Below are positions 37,101-52,100 of a stretch of DNA of 64,000 nt, one piece after another. The stretch is from Mizuhopecten yessoensis (taxonomy: Eukaryota): assembly GCF_002113885.1 (NCBI RefSeq), contig NW_018408909.1:477770-541769 (forward strand), given 5' to 3'. The translations under genes were made by a program, and so were the position numbers. The notes under the pieces are model-generated. The model was given only the letters and a program-made list of their open reading frames with translations, did no database searches and was not told the origin of the DNA. Each line of letters opens with the position of its first letter. The stretch's first letter is position 1.

Positions 37101-40100
37101 GTAATAAACCGCACTCTGAACGTACATTTTGCAGTAATAATATGGATATTTGATGCACAAGTTTTCTTTTAATTTTTTTAAATAACTTATATTTTTAGGA
37201 TCTTAGAAAATATGAGACATCAAAAGCTAAATTGGAAGGTCAGGAGAGGGCATTGAATGCTCAACACCAGAAACAACTCAAGCAAAACGGTGAACTTCGT
37301 AATAAGGGGTAAGGGAATAACAAAATCATACATATGTTGTAGAATTGGCAAAATACTTGTTTAATTTCCTATTCCAAATTTTGCCAGTTTTAAAAATGAC
37401 TGCAGCCAATACTTAACACTTTTTATTTATCCTTGACAACCAAATTTCAAACCTGTGTAGATATTTTTTTCTTTTAACATTGTTGGGAAATACATGTATA
37501 TATATTGCACCTGAAGCTATTATATTTTGTGTGATGTTTTTGTTTAACAGTTAGATATGTACGTACTGTGAAATTCATGTGTTGAGATGTATTCATTTTC
37601 CTACAGCAATGCAATAATCAAGGAAGATATGCAATCTCAACAAGATTTTGAAGATAATGAAAAGCAGCTACGGAAAAAAGTAGAAAAGGTAAGTTTTTTC
37701 CCAAAACTGAAATTTTTGTATGTTTTTGATCATCACTAGTAACCTTGACAGTCTTTTTTTTATTTTTTTTTTATTTTCAAGGTATTTTTAATATTACAAT
37801 AACATATACATTTCATTATACATAATGATCGAATTCCAATTTCACACATACTTTCATACTAAATCAATATTGCTCTTCTTGTAAATGACATTTTATTTTT
37901 GTAATGTTATATTAGAAAGGAAGAAAAATCAGATAAGAGCCTTAACAGTCGTAGTAGTGTTGTATTTTATCCATTTCTCTATAGTTAAATACTCTATGGC
38001 ACTTTAACATTACAGGGTCAAACTTTCGCTGTTTCTGGAGTAGATTTGCTAGATCAATTTACATTTGTACATGCTGTAAAAGTCCTAACTTTTTTTTTTA
38101 GCGGAAGGGAAACAAATTACTATATAACATAAAATGCTTGTTGTGTATAAATGTTCATGGTTTTCTTGGTTGCTCCACAACATATAAGTGTTATACAGTA
38201 AATATAAGTATAATTCTCTAGTGTTATACAGTAAATATAAGTATAGTACTCTAGTGTTATACAGTAAATATAAGTATAATACTCTAGTGTTATACAGTAA
38301 ATATAAGTATAATACTCTAGTGTTACTAAAGTATCTATTGTGGGGCCCTGTCTCCTGTATTGTAATAATTAATATCACATGTAATATTGATTTAATAGAT
38401 GAAGTATGAAAGTGAGAGGGAGGAAGAGAAGAGTATGAGGCTACAAGGACTGAAGATGGAATTACATTTAGGTAAGGTTTGATGTTGTAGACTTAATTGT
38501 AGGCTTCAATACAAGTCAATGATCAGCTTAGATGCAGTATGCAGTAAATGCAAGACAAATAGGTCTGAACATGACATTGTGTACAGGATCTAGGTTAAGC
38601 TGTGTACAGGATCTAGGTTAAGCTGTGTACAAGATCTAGGTTAAGCTGTGTACAGGATCTAGGTTAAGCTGTGTACAAGATCTAGGTTAAGCTGTGTACA
38701 GGATCTAGGTTGAGCTGTGTACAGGATAGGTTAAGCTGTGTACAGGATCTAGGTTCAGCTGTGTACAGGATAGGGTAAGCTGTGAACAGGATCTAAGTTA
38801 AGCTGTGTACAGGATCTAGGTTAAGCTGTGTCCAGGATAGGTTAAGCTGTGTACAGGATCGAGGTTAAGTTGTGTACACCATCTAGGTTAAGTTGTGTAC
38901 AGGATAGCTGTGTACAGGATCTAGGTTAAGCTGTGTACAGTATAGGTTAAGCTGTGTACAGGATCTAAGTTAAGCTGTGTACAGGATCTAGGTTAAGCTG
39001 TGTACAAGATCTAGGTTAAGCTGTGTACAGGATCTAGGTTGAGCTGTGTACAGGATAGGTTAAGCTGTGAACAGGATCTAAGTTAAGCTGTGTACAGGAT
39101 CTAGGTTAAGCTGTGTACAAGATCTAGGTTAAGCTGTGTACAGGATGGAGGTTAAGCTGTGTGCAGGATCGAGGTTAAGCTGTGTACAGGATCGGGGTTA
39201 AGCTGTGTACAGGATCTAGGTTAAGCTGTGTACAGGACAGGTTAAGCTGTGTACAGGATCTAGGTTCAGCTGTGTACAGGATAGGTTAAGCTGTGAACAG
39301 GATCTAAGTTAAGCTGTGTACAGGATCTAGGTTAAGCTGTGTACAGGATAGGTTAAGCTGTGTACAGGATCGAGGTTAAGTTGTGTACAGCATCTAGGTT
39401 AAGTTGTGTACAGGATAGCTGTGTACAGGATCTAGGTTAAGCTGTGTACAGCATCTAGGTTAAGTTGTGTACAGGATCTAGGTTAAGCTGTGCACAGGTT
39501 TTATACTATACACAAAGTTAACTTGAGATATTGTGTGTTAACTTTCAGATCTGGAACAAAAGATGAAAGTAAGACAGGTAGATGCTGAAAATGTCTCTGA
39601 CCTAAACGATGAGTAAGTATTATACAACTATCATATATCAGTGAAAGTACATGGAGTGTATAATAACTTGAGTACATATATTGAAGTACAGTGTATATCA
39701 ATTAAGTTTGAGTACATATAAATACAGTGTTTATCAATTAAATTTGAGTACATATAAATACATTGTTTATCAATTAAGTTTGAGTACCTAGGTGTGCAGT
39801 GTTTATCAATTAAGTTTGAGTACATATAAATACATTGTTTATCAATAAAATTTGAGTACCTATGTGTGCAATGTTTATCAATTAAGTTTGAGTACATATG
39901 TGTACAGTGTATATCAAAGTAATTATAAGCACAATTTCGATTCACTACTAGTCAGGAAACCTTGTAATAGACCTCAAAGAGGGACTTGAGATAAATGTAC
40001 ATTATAACAAAATGTATATTATGAATCTCCAGGTAGCCCTGGGTTAAATTATCTATTGTCTACATCTGTATCAACATCACATGTTTATATGTGAAATACA

Positions 40101-43100
40101 TTATTAATAAGTTAGATGTGGTACTTTTGTGAAGCCCAGTGCTAGATTGTCTACATCTGTATCAACATCACATAGTTATATGTGAAATACATTATGAATA
40201 AGTTAGATGTGGTACTTTTGTGAAGCCCAGTGCTAGATTGTCTACATCTGTATCAACATCACATGTTTATATGTGAAATACATTATTAATAAGTTAGATG
40301 TGGTACTTTTGTGAAGCCCAGTGCTAGATTGTCTACATCTGTATCAACATCACATGTTTATATGTGAAATACATTATGAATAAGTTAGATGTGGTACTTT
40401 TGTGAAGCCCAGTGCTAGATTGTCTACATCTGTATCAACATCACATGTTTATATGTGAAATACATTATGAATAAGTTAGATGTGGTACTTTTGTGAAGCC
40501 CAGTGCTAGATTGTCTACATCTGTATCAACATCACATGTTTATATGTGAAATACATTATGAATAAGTTAGATGTGGTACTTTTGTGAAGCCCAGTGCTAG
40601 ATTGTCTACATCTGTATCAACATCACATGTTTATATGTGAAATACATTATTAATAAGTTAGATGTGGTACTTTTGTGAAGCCCAGTGCTAGATTGTCTAC
40701 ATCTGTATCAACATCACATGTTTATATGTGAAATACATTATGAATAAGTTAGATGTGGTACTTTTGTGAAGCCCAGTGCTAGATTGTCTACATCTGTATC
40801 AACATCACATGTTTATATGTGAAATACATTATGAATAAGTTAGATGTGGTACTTTTGTGAAGCCCAGTGCTAGATTGTCTACATCTGTATCAACATCACA
40901 TGTTTATATGTGAAATACATTATGAATAAGTTAGATGTGGTACTTTTGTGAAGCCCAGTGCTAGATTGTCTACATCTGTATCAACATCACATGTTTATAT
41001 GTGAAATACATTATGAATAAGTTAGATGTGGTACTTTTGTGAAGCCCAGTGCTAGATTGTCTACATCTGTATCAACATCACATGTTTATATGTGAAATAC
41101 ATTATGAATAAGTTAGATGTGGTACTTTTGTGAAGCCCAGTGCTAGATTGTCTACATCTGTATCAACGTCACATGTTTATATGTGAAATACATTATGAAT
41201 AAGTTAGATGTGGTACTTTTGTGAAGCCCAGTGCTAGATTGTCTACATCTGTATCAACGTCACATGTTTATATGTGAAATACATTATGAATAAGTTAGAT
41301 GTGGTACTTTTGTGAAGCCCAGTGCTAGATTGTCTACATCTGTATCAACATCACATGTTTATATGTGAAATACATTATGAATAAGTTAGATGTGGTACTT
41401 TTGTGAAGCCCAGTGCTAGACATGAAAACCATCTTTACATCTAACGCAACCAAAAGTGAATCTTAATTTTGTTCTGGTGTTATCAAAATTCAAAATCCAT
41501 TGAGTAACCAAAGCACACCCTATACACAGTTGACTGAATTAACACTTTATGTTTGTACTAGCTCTGATTTACATAATGTGTATACTCAGGCTGCAGGCAG
41601 AGAAGCGAGCACTGGCCATGAAGGCTGAGGAGATGGGTAGGATGCAAGCAGAAAACGTTGAAATGCACGACCAGATAGAGAACCTAGATGAGTCCCACAG
41701 GTAAGTGAGATATACTTCCAGACAAATCACGTCCTTATAAAAATAATGAAATACATAGAAATAAGCAGCCTGGAATATGCTAATACTATACACATCAGAT
41801 TTTCTCAAAAGAACAACAATTGCTATGCAGTATTTCAATGTTTATTTCAGGGCAGTGATGGCTCAACTCAACAAGCAGATAGAGGACTATCGGGAACAGC
41901 TGGGCAAGGAACGCAAGGAAAGGTAGGATGTCAGTTAGTTAAAACTCTTGTTGTTTCTTGGTGCTTACTGGTATTTTCCCATGTTTATACTTTTTTGTAG
42001 TTTGTATTCCTTTAACTTTTCTCCTCCTGTTTCAAATGCATAAAATATTGTTTAATAGAAAATGTGAATTGATTTGCAGAAATAATATTTTGGTATTTTT
42101 CACATATATAGATGCCTTTCATTGTAAGATAAATTGTTTGAGGACCAAAAGAGCTTTTGCTGTTGCAGTTTGTGGAATCGTTTGTCTTCTGGTCCATAGT
42201 TGCTACAAGGGGTGTTAACTGCTCGCCTGGACCCAGAGAGATAGGCCAGATTGGGGAAATAGGGGAAATCTAAACAAAGACTATTCCTAAATAGGGACAG
42301 ACATATTTTAAATAAAATAAGAGATTCAGTTTTGTAAAAAATAAAGGTAATGTCCCAACCATGAGCAGAGGAGTGGAACCTATTTTAGAAAATATGTATA
42401 TTAGTCCAATATATATCTTTAAATACTCCTTTAACATTGCTTTACATATTTCAACTCTTAATTGATGATTGTAGATATGATTCTGAAGTGATTTGCACAT
42501 AAGATACAGTCTAACGGTGAGAGTATTTGAGAAAAATGTTCGTTAGTTTGTTGACATACATGTAATTGCACCTTTTGGTGACGTATGGGAAGTATGGAAA
42601 AAAGGGGAGATATCTTTAAATGACAGATCTTGAAATTGATCTTGAAAGTAGAAAAATCCTGTTTTTGAATGTTTCGGTAATTCCCAGAAGAATAAACTAG
42701 ATACAATAGACTGAAATGGGAGGTTGAGAATGAGTTTTATAAATCAGTGTCAGGAAGTGGGATTCCTAACTACAGTCAACAGTCAATTGATAGAACTATA
42801 TGAAGAGTAGCACATTCATATCAAGCTGTCTCATTTCCTTAATTTCTCCCTTTTTTATTTTAACATTCACCTTTTGTTATGTATGTTTCACTCCTTTTTT
42901 TTTATAGATAATTTAACTTTTCATGTTGTTGATTTACTAGAACCACCAAATACCCAACAACACTATGTGGATGTTTGATCTTGTATATGTTGTACCTGGT
43001 ATTTTATTTTACTAGAGTCATGTAGTAAATTATGAATATAAATAATATGTATTAAATTGATTCACATATATTTTTTTTATCTGAAATTATCATTTTTTTT

Positions 43101-46100
43101 TTCTTTTCTACTACATGTACTGAGTTTACCTAGAATTCTATGTAATTTTTGATGTAACTACTCCATGAATAGTCACTGACAGCTGTAACAGTGTGACAAC
43201 TCTGAGTTAAGTACAACATTATCATATGTTACTGGGAATTTGGTGTTGACATAATTTCTTCTACACCTTGTTGAATAAATTAATACACAGATAAAATGAT
43301 TTCATCTTTTTCTGTTTTGCACATTTCTTTCACTTAGCCCTCCCCCAGAACCTGTGCCAGTGGTAGAACCCCCTGCACCCTCTCCGTCCCCTCCTCCTCC
43401 CCCACCCCCTAAACCAAAGAAACCAAAAAAGAACAAATTGTCCAGTTACTACCTACAGACTGGAAATGAACCCAATTATGGACCCCCAGCTGCCCCTCCC
43501 CTAATAAATGTTCCCCCACGGCCCCCGTTATCCTCCTCCTCTGACGAAGATGACACCGATGAGGATGGGTAATTATAAGATGTCACATGACTTGATCTGA
43601 GTGCTATTAATATCACTAACGGATTCCTAATGGTGGACAGATACTCTGCAGTAATCAGATTGATAATAGAGAGTGGGTTTACTTTTATAATGTGTATACC
43701 GTTAATTCATTTTAATGATTGTTTGATGTATTGAATCTTGTTGCAGGTAAGGATGAGTGTATGAGTTATCATATTGTAATCTAGTGTTGAGGTGTTAACC
43801 TTAGTTTCTTGAATTGATATTATGCAGTGAATAACAAAGATGATACTGTATATATAATCAGATATGTAGACAATTAGGTGGTGTGTAGCTTCAGACATGT
43901 TGTGTATGTTTGATCAGTGATGATACTGTAGATATATAAACAGATATGTAGACAATAAGGTGGTGTGTAGCTTCAGACATGTTGTGTATGTTTGATCAGT
44001 AATGATACTGTAGATATAAACATATGTAGACAATAAGATGGTGTTGCTTCAGACATGTTGTGTATGTTTGATCAGTGATGATACTGTAGATATAAGCAGA
44101 TATGTAGACAATAAGGTGGTGTGTAGCCTAAGACATGTTGTGTATGTTTGATCAGTAATGATACTGTAGATATAAACATATGTAGACAATAAGGTGGTGT
44201 GTAGCCTCAGACATGTTGTGTATGTTTGATCAGTGATGATACTGTATAAATAAACAGATATGTAGACAATAAGATGGTGTGTAGCTTCAGACATGTTGTG
44301 TATGTTTGATCAGTGATGATACTGTATATATAAACAGATATGTAGACAATAAGGTGGTGTGTAGCCTCAGACATGTTGTGTATGTTTGATCAGTCTCTGT
44401 AGTTATAATGTAGCTCTGAGATGATGTACAAAGCTAGAAATACCTTCTGGTTTTTTCTATGAGAAAATATCACTTGATCATCTCATCCTTTGGGTATGTA
44501 CCAGCTGTAACGTTGAAATAAGTCAAACACTTCTGTTGTGTTATGCTACTTCCACTCATTATAATGATGGCGTGTAAGTAAATGTTTCCCGTTCATACTT
44601 GCATGAACACTGGACAAATCCAGATTAAATCTCTTTATGTTTTATAATTCTGTGCTTACCAAGGTAAATAGATTGCAGTGTAATACTGAGGTTGAAGGTG
44701 TTCAATATTATTTGGGTTTTCAACATTCCAACAAGATATAGTGATACTTGATTTGCATCCAGTTGTTTTTAAACTACATAGTGTATGTATTAAGATGCAT
44801 GTTCTAATGAAGTTTTCAATAGATTTACACAGAATCAGAGAGAAAAGTAAAATTAAAACAAATCTGTACCACATATATATGTGTCTCTAACAGCATGCTG
44901 GACAGTTTGTGTCTATTCTATAAACCATATATATTCTGGTGTCACAGTTGTTTTACTATAACATTTAAACTTTATTAAGATATACAATATACATTACAGT
45001 ATAACTCAAAAGGGTAAACTTATATTTACAAAAACAATACAAATCACGAGATGAAAAATATTTGTACCTGATAAAACAAACAATAAACGACAGATTATAA
45101 ATAATCTCATTATTAGTCAAGGGCAGATTAAATGTTATATCTGAATTACTTAGAAGTTTGTGATAATGATATATTATATCAGATGGTGATTCATTATATA
45201 GAAAACATATTACATTATTTGATTATCCTGGCATTATATTAGTCCTGTATATAATTTTAAAGTATTAAACTTTGATAATACATGTAATTAACTGAAATTA
45301 TAGCTTTCATTATGTCATTTACAGATGCTAAATAAATACATGTGAAATATATTTCATTGGTTGAAGTTCAATTGATTTTGTGGAATTTGAAGGAAAAACA
45401 CCCAACATAATGAAACATTTTAAGAAATGTTTGATATCTGATGTGCTAGTTTGACCCATGAGGTAGATTATCTTTAAACATGTAAAACTGTTCTGATATA
45501 AAAGTAAAGGAATACTGATGCTTTTGAGGAATTCAGAATCCAAGTTAATCGTAAGATTTTATTGGCAGTGTGAGATTGTGAGGTAAAGCTGTAACTTAAA
45601 TTCTGACTGTAGAATCCAGGTGCAAGACGAGAAAAACAGTGTGTCGAAGAAAGTGGAGGACTTTAAGGTGGACAACCAGAAGTATCTATCAGACATGAAC
45701 AAGAAGATACAGGAGGGCAAAGTCCGCCATGTCGATCTCTCGAATGAGGTGAGGGACACTTATCATCCGAGTGAAAACTTGTATCCAATTGTTAATCTAG
45801 GCCTTCTAAAAATACTCAGAAAATAAACAATAATTACAGGAATAACGTCAATTATTTTTAAATATGAATGTAAGAAAAATGAATGTTCTGGACAATCAAT
45901 TTTAGTCTGAATTATCAGTACAAATAATAAAAATCTGGATGATCAGATCATGCAATTGGATTATAAAGTATAAGATAAAAAAAAACGTACAATTTTTTAT
46001 TTTTTTTCCCCCTTTTTTCTAATTGATGCCACCAAATGGTTTTCCCTGTTTTTAAGACTTTTTAAAATGAACTATGCAATTGATTTTTCCAGTACTTCTT

Positions 46101-49100
46101 CATTTTTCTCAGCTTGACAAGCCCTAATAGGGAGAGCAAAAAAGAACAATTAAACTGTAGTCAAAATTTTCCAGTATGCAATATATATAGGTTTTTCAGA
46201 ACCATGAGCTGTGGTGGCCACAAGTACCATAATGTTGTCACATCAGATCTATATTCAGTTTATAATACTTTTTAGTACATATATTGAATACAAAAATAAA
46301 ATCTGAATAACAATGTTTGATTTGTCAACCTACCAGGGAGCCAATTTACAACGGGAACTGAAGCTGGATGAGCAGGAGATCTCCAACCTGTCCAGTGACC
46401 TTAGCGAAGTTCAAGGTCATTACGAAACCATGTACACCAGTATGCAGGGCCGCATAGAATTGATGGAGGTAAACAATTGGGACATCAGGCTATTTTTAGT
46501 TATATTTTATTAGATGTACATTTTCATCATCTTCATAATATATAACAGAAAAAATACAAAGTTGCACATATTGTTCTGTGAGTGCATCAATGATAAACAT
46601 CAAATGAAAATATTCTGAAAACAAGAAAAATGAAAAACTAAAAGAACTTCACATTAATCTAGGTATGTACTGTTTAATGTATGGTCTTTTGATAAAATGT
46701 TATTGCATTGTTAATTACATTATGTATATGTATAATTAAATTTCAGATAACTCCAAATTAAAATCTGCAATTTTGTGGTACAGTAAAAACATCATTAATG
46801 TAGGCAAAAATGACCAGAAACAAAGATTTGGCTATTAACTGAATATAACAAGAATTGTGTGAAACAAAATTATATCTATTTAGATCATATTTTAGGGATG
46901 CAGATTTTTTATTTCAAAAGTAATTGACTTACTCGAGATAGGTATTATATTCTTTATAAATATAAGTGTAAGAACTCTCTAATTCATTGAAATAAATAAA
47001 CAGAAATATTTTTTATCATCATGTCTTTCTATTCACAGATGCAAATTGTGCAGTATGAACGTGCGATCGTGGAGAAGAAGAAGAAAATTGAAGAAGAGAC
47101 ACCAATATTTCACGATTTAGAGAAATTGTTTGAGGAGAGAACTAATGCTTATGATGAACTGAAAAGGGGCATAGCTAGTATGTGAAACGCTTTCTGTTCC
47201 CTGTCACATTTGTGACTGTGCACGGCCAAATTTCACGGCAAAACGTTCTCAGAGAGTTTTTGTTATTTGCATGATGTGTTTACGCGTGTGTCTTGTTGAT
47301 TTGATGATTTAAATAGTTCACTGCTGTCTAATACACAAATGCTTTCTTCAGTAACTTCCCTCTTTGTCACAGAGGTACCACAGTGAACTGTAACACTCAA
47401 ATTTTGTTGCAATGTTTATTCTTTTATGCAGTAGATTTTAGTATTTTTGCACCAAAGTTTTCAGTCATAGGAGGAGCCCTGTGTTTTTCTCCCAATATTG
47501 ATCATTGTTGATTTAATACAGATATATTTACATATAAGGTCCCTATAATGTTCTAAAATATTTGGATAATCATTCATCAGTAAAAATGTACTGAAATATT
47601 TTATCTAAATCAGTCCATGCTTACTGACATGACGAAAATATTTAGAAATTATCTAATAGATCAAGTTCACACAACTACAACTAAATTTCCAACTTGACCT
47701 TGAAAAGATAGAATGTTGTTTAGTTGCTAGCTCTATATTCTAGTTCTACAAATCATGAACAGTAGTATTATGTAAAGTTTAGGGCTGGTGTGTCAATTAA
47801 TGTTACAATGTGCTAATAGATTTGTCAATTTAATGCTTTTGTAACAGAAGAGAAAACTCTCAGAACGTAAGAAAGTATTTGCAAAACACCCAGAAATTTG
47901 TTAAATGGTATGGGTAATTTTGCATCACAGATTGGGGATGGCCTGCGCATCACATACAAGTCATGTCCTCCTGCTTAATGTTGCCTTACACAATATTAGT
48001 AACACAGTGACCAGATATAGACAGATATTGGGTCTGTAACAAAGTTGTACCAGTCCAATATTTCTCCTTATTGGGTGACTTAAGTATAGTACTGTGTAAA
48101 AAATTATCCTGTTGACATGCAACTCTTCATTTATATTTAATTCTATAAAAATGACCCCGAGGCATCAGTATCTCATTCAACCTTGGCTTTTCGAAGGCTT
48201 CAAACTTGTATTATCCTGCTGTGTTTCGCTGAAGTATGTTATCAAGTTCTTGTCGCCACCTTATCTGCCGTGAGGATATTGTACAAGTTCAGCTTTAAAT
48301 CACTTGTTGCTTATTTCTTTGTCTGGCATGGGACCAAAATATTTGGATCTTGCATTGTTGTCAATATCAGAGAAAAGTTCCAACGAGGAACAGTAACTCA
48401 TGCATTGATGTGATTTAGAAATTAATCGCGCTTTTAAGACCGTTGTTGCGATATAAAAATTTCCTCTCCTTTTGAAGACCGTTAATGTGATGTAGCAAGT
48501 TACTTGCCCTTGACAGACTCTTTCAAGGTACCGTGTGACGTCATTTCCACTAATTGATACAGTTTTTGCAGTCAACAGGATAAATGTGTTAACATGTGTC
48601 AAAAATATATGGTGTAACAGTATTGTGTCTAAACTGAAGTAACAGGTGTATGGAAGACACAATAGTACAATAGTTAGCAGAATAGCAGAATTAATTAGTA
48701 TAATTAGAATTGTGTAAACTTCATTTTTTCAGATGTTATTTTATTTTTCTGCTAATAAGAATTCAAACTAACTGGATGAAAATTTAAGCTCTATTTTGGC
48801 AAACATTTACTTACAAGTATAATTAAATGTTGCATAATATTCTTTGTGTTACACATTAACGCTGTTTGATCTTCTAGAAATGCGCCAGAAGAAGAGCGCT
48901 CTGGATGAACAGATACGGAAAACCTTAGATGCCAAGGACAACCTAGTTGGACCAAAAGTAATTTTTATTGATGTTTTTTTTTCATCATTTCACACTGGTG
49001 ATTTACCTCAGGCAAACTTACTGAATCTGTTGAATTCCACAAGGCACTCTCGATGTCAATTAGTTTGAGCAAAACGATTCACTAAACTTAATATAGAATA

Positions 49101-52100
49101 AGCTTGAAATCTAAATGTTTCTTCAGAAATAAATTCTTCAAGCTTAATTTGAATTGTTACGAATAGTTATCGTAGTCATAGATTTTGCACAAGTATATTT
49201 CTTAAAGGAAAAACTAAAGGAGTCCTTAAGAACCAAGCGAGCTGAATCCATAGAACAGCTGAAGAAACACGGCGAGGAAAGACAGAAAATGGAGAGGGAA
49301 ATATATCAGGCAGGATGTAAACTGAAGAGGATAATTGAGGAGAACAAGAAGATTGAAGATGTATGTATAAGACCATGGTCAGATCTGTTTTCGTCTTTGT
49401 TTACAAAGCCCAATAGAGGGCTTGTAATGGTTGTCATGAGAGCCCAACCATTAATATTGACCACGGGAGGCTAAATATTTGATACAGGCCTAATAGGGCA
49501 CAAGTATTTCATCTATGAACCTAATGGATGATATCTGAGCCCAACCATTAATATTGACCACATGAGGCTGAATGTTTGATATAGGCCTCATAAGGCACCC
49601 ATATTTGTTAAAGGGACCTTATGGTTAATATCAGAGCCCAACCATTAATATTGACCACAAGAGGCTTAATGTTTGATATAGGCCTCATAAGGCACCCATA
49701 TTTGTTAAAGGGACCTTATGGTTAATATCAGAGCCCAACCATTAATATTGACCACAAGAGGCTTAATGTTTGATATAGGCCTCATAAGGCACCCATATTT
49801 GTTAAAGGGACCTTATGGTTAATATCAGAGCCCAACCATTAATATTGACCACAGGAGGCTTAATGTTTGATATATGCCTCATAAGGCACCCATATTTGTT
49901 AAAGGGACCTAATGATTAATATCAGAGCCCAACCATTAATATTGACCACAAGAGGCTTAATATTTGATATAGGTCTCATAATCAAGGCACCCATACTTCA
50001 GAGCCCAACGATTAATACTGACCACAGGAAGCTTGATATTTGATATAGGCCTCATAAGGCACCTATATATTTGTTATTTATTGTTATTTATTATAGTGAC
50101 CCAACAGTTGATGTAAGGATCAAGGTTGATCAGATCCCAACGTTTACTTTAGACCCTAAATGTTTTGAAGATTGGGGCCTAATTTATTGATATTGGAATA
50201 TTGGAACCTAATGGTTGAAACCAGAGCTGAATGTTACCTTATGTTATGTAATCATAAAAAACTAATGGTTGATAAATATATTGAAGACATCAGTTTGATA
50301 TACATGTACTAATAGTCTCCATTTGTTCAAAGTGATTATTTTAACTCAAAACTCTGTTTGTTATTGACATTTATTATAGTTATATTTTAGATTGTGTTCC
50401 CATGTGTTGAGGAGATTTCTACCACAAGGTACCGGTGTGGATCTGTCTTACAGAATAGTGGGTATACCACAACGTACATGTGATTACTCCATTTTAAAAA
50501 CAGAATTGTTTTTTGTAGGGATGTAACAAATATCGAGCTGACATGGATGAACTTCAGAAACAAATGGATGAAGATGAACATGTGAAGGAAATGCTTCAAA
50601 ATACCCTGGCAGAAGCAAAAGGTAAAGCAACATTCTAATTCATTTGAGATGTAACACAACATTTGATTAGTCAATCATAATAATGTGCTACGTACATTAC
50701 AACCACGATATACTGTCCGCAAATTTCTCATTTGCATATGTAGCCCGGATGGCAATGGTTAATGACATCAATGACCTCGATTGACCCTCCATGTCATGAA
50801 ATTGATTATTCATCATGTCTGAAACAATAGCGTGACCCGAAAGGTCAATGTACCTGGGTAATTCCGCCAGAATTGCAAGAAAACACTCAACAATATATTT
50901 TGCTGGTTTTGGCTTATTTAAATTATAATGGGGATAATTCTTCTATATTTGAACATTTGTGGCGGTACATCCCCTTCACCAGTAAAACTCAATTTGTGAC
51001 ATTATAATTACGATGTAACCCCTAACTAAGGCTGGCTTTCAAATTTTATAAAATCGTTTTTGTATTTGTGAGAAGAATGTTATGTTTGAGAACAAAATTT
51101 TGCATTATTTTGAGAGTAAAGATATAAAATATTTTGTGTTACAGGCTGCCTCACAGACAGCTGGAAAAGTGACAGAAATATGGAGGAGGTTGGTACTTAA
51201 CAAAGCTGTGCTGCTCAACAAACTTATCATCTTATTGAAAAAAATAATTCATCAGATGATATTTAAATGTATGATTGTAAAATTTATCAATGATATTGAA
51301 ATAACATACTGAATCACCTTCTTTAAAAAAAAAAATCCAAGGATGGTACATTTATACTATACGTATACAGTAATTATAATTGATTGGATGTATACAATCT
51401 TTACAGAGGTATACCGAGCGTGACTATACGTATACAGTAATTATAAATGATTGGATGTATACAATCTTTCCAGAGGTATACCGAGCGTGACTATACGTAT
51501 ACAGTAATTATAATTGATTGGATGTATACAATCTTTACAGAGGTATACCGAGCGTGACTATTCGTATACAGTAATTATAATTGATTGGATGTATACAATC
51601 GTTACAGAGGTATACCGAGCGTGACCAGATCATTGTGGACGACCTTGGAAAGCTCATGCACAAAACAGAAAAGCGAAGTGAAAAAATATCTGAGATTTCA
51701 GATAATTTAGAGGGGGAATTGATGATGTTGGCTGGATTCCTGGAGAATCTTGCTACACGAAGACCAAGAGGTAGGTGTCAGTTTTGTGTTTGAGAAAAAA
51801 TGTGTTCATTCATATAGTGGTAGAGTAAATAATCTTTAGAATTGTAAGGAATAAAATTCTTCATGTTTGTTTCACTGTAGTATGACTTAATCGAATATAT
51901 TTCATTATATAGAATCTTTATATTCAATAAGATCAATTTTATTCAACCACGTAATTCTTCAAAAAGTTTTATTCATCAAGGGGATTCTTAGATTTTACGA
52001 TAGATTTATTCTGTTAGAAATATGTATTAAAAGATGTAGTCTAATTAGAGTAAGAAAATATTAGTTTTCTTACATAAAAGTAAGTATGTTTGCCTTCTTA

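Noticed and set aside
38578-41420. CRISPR-like regular repeats
   Set aside because: Head-to-tail units without unique spacers, eukaryotic intronic context, and no cas genes.
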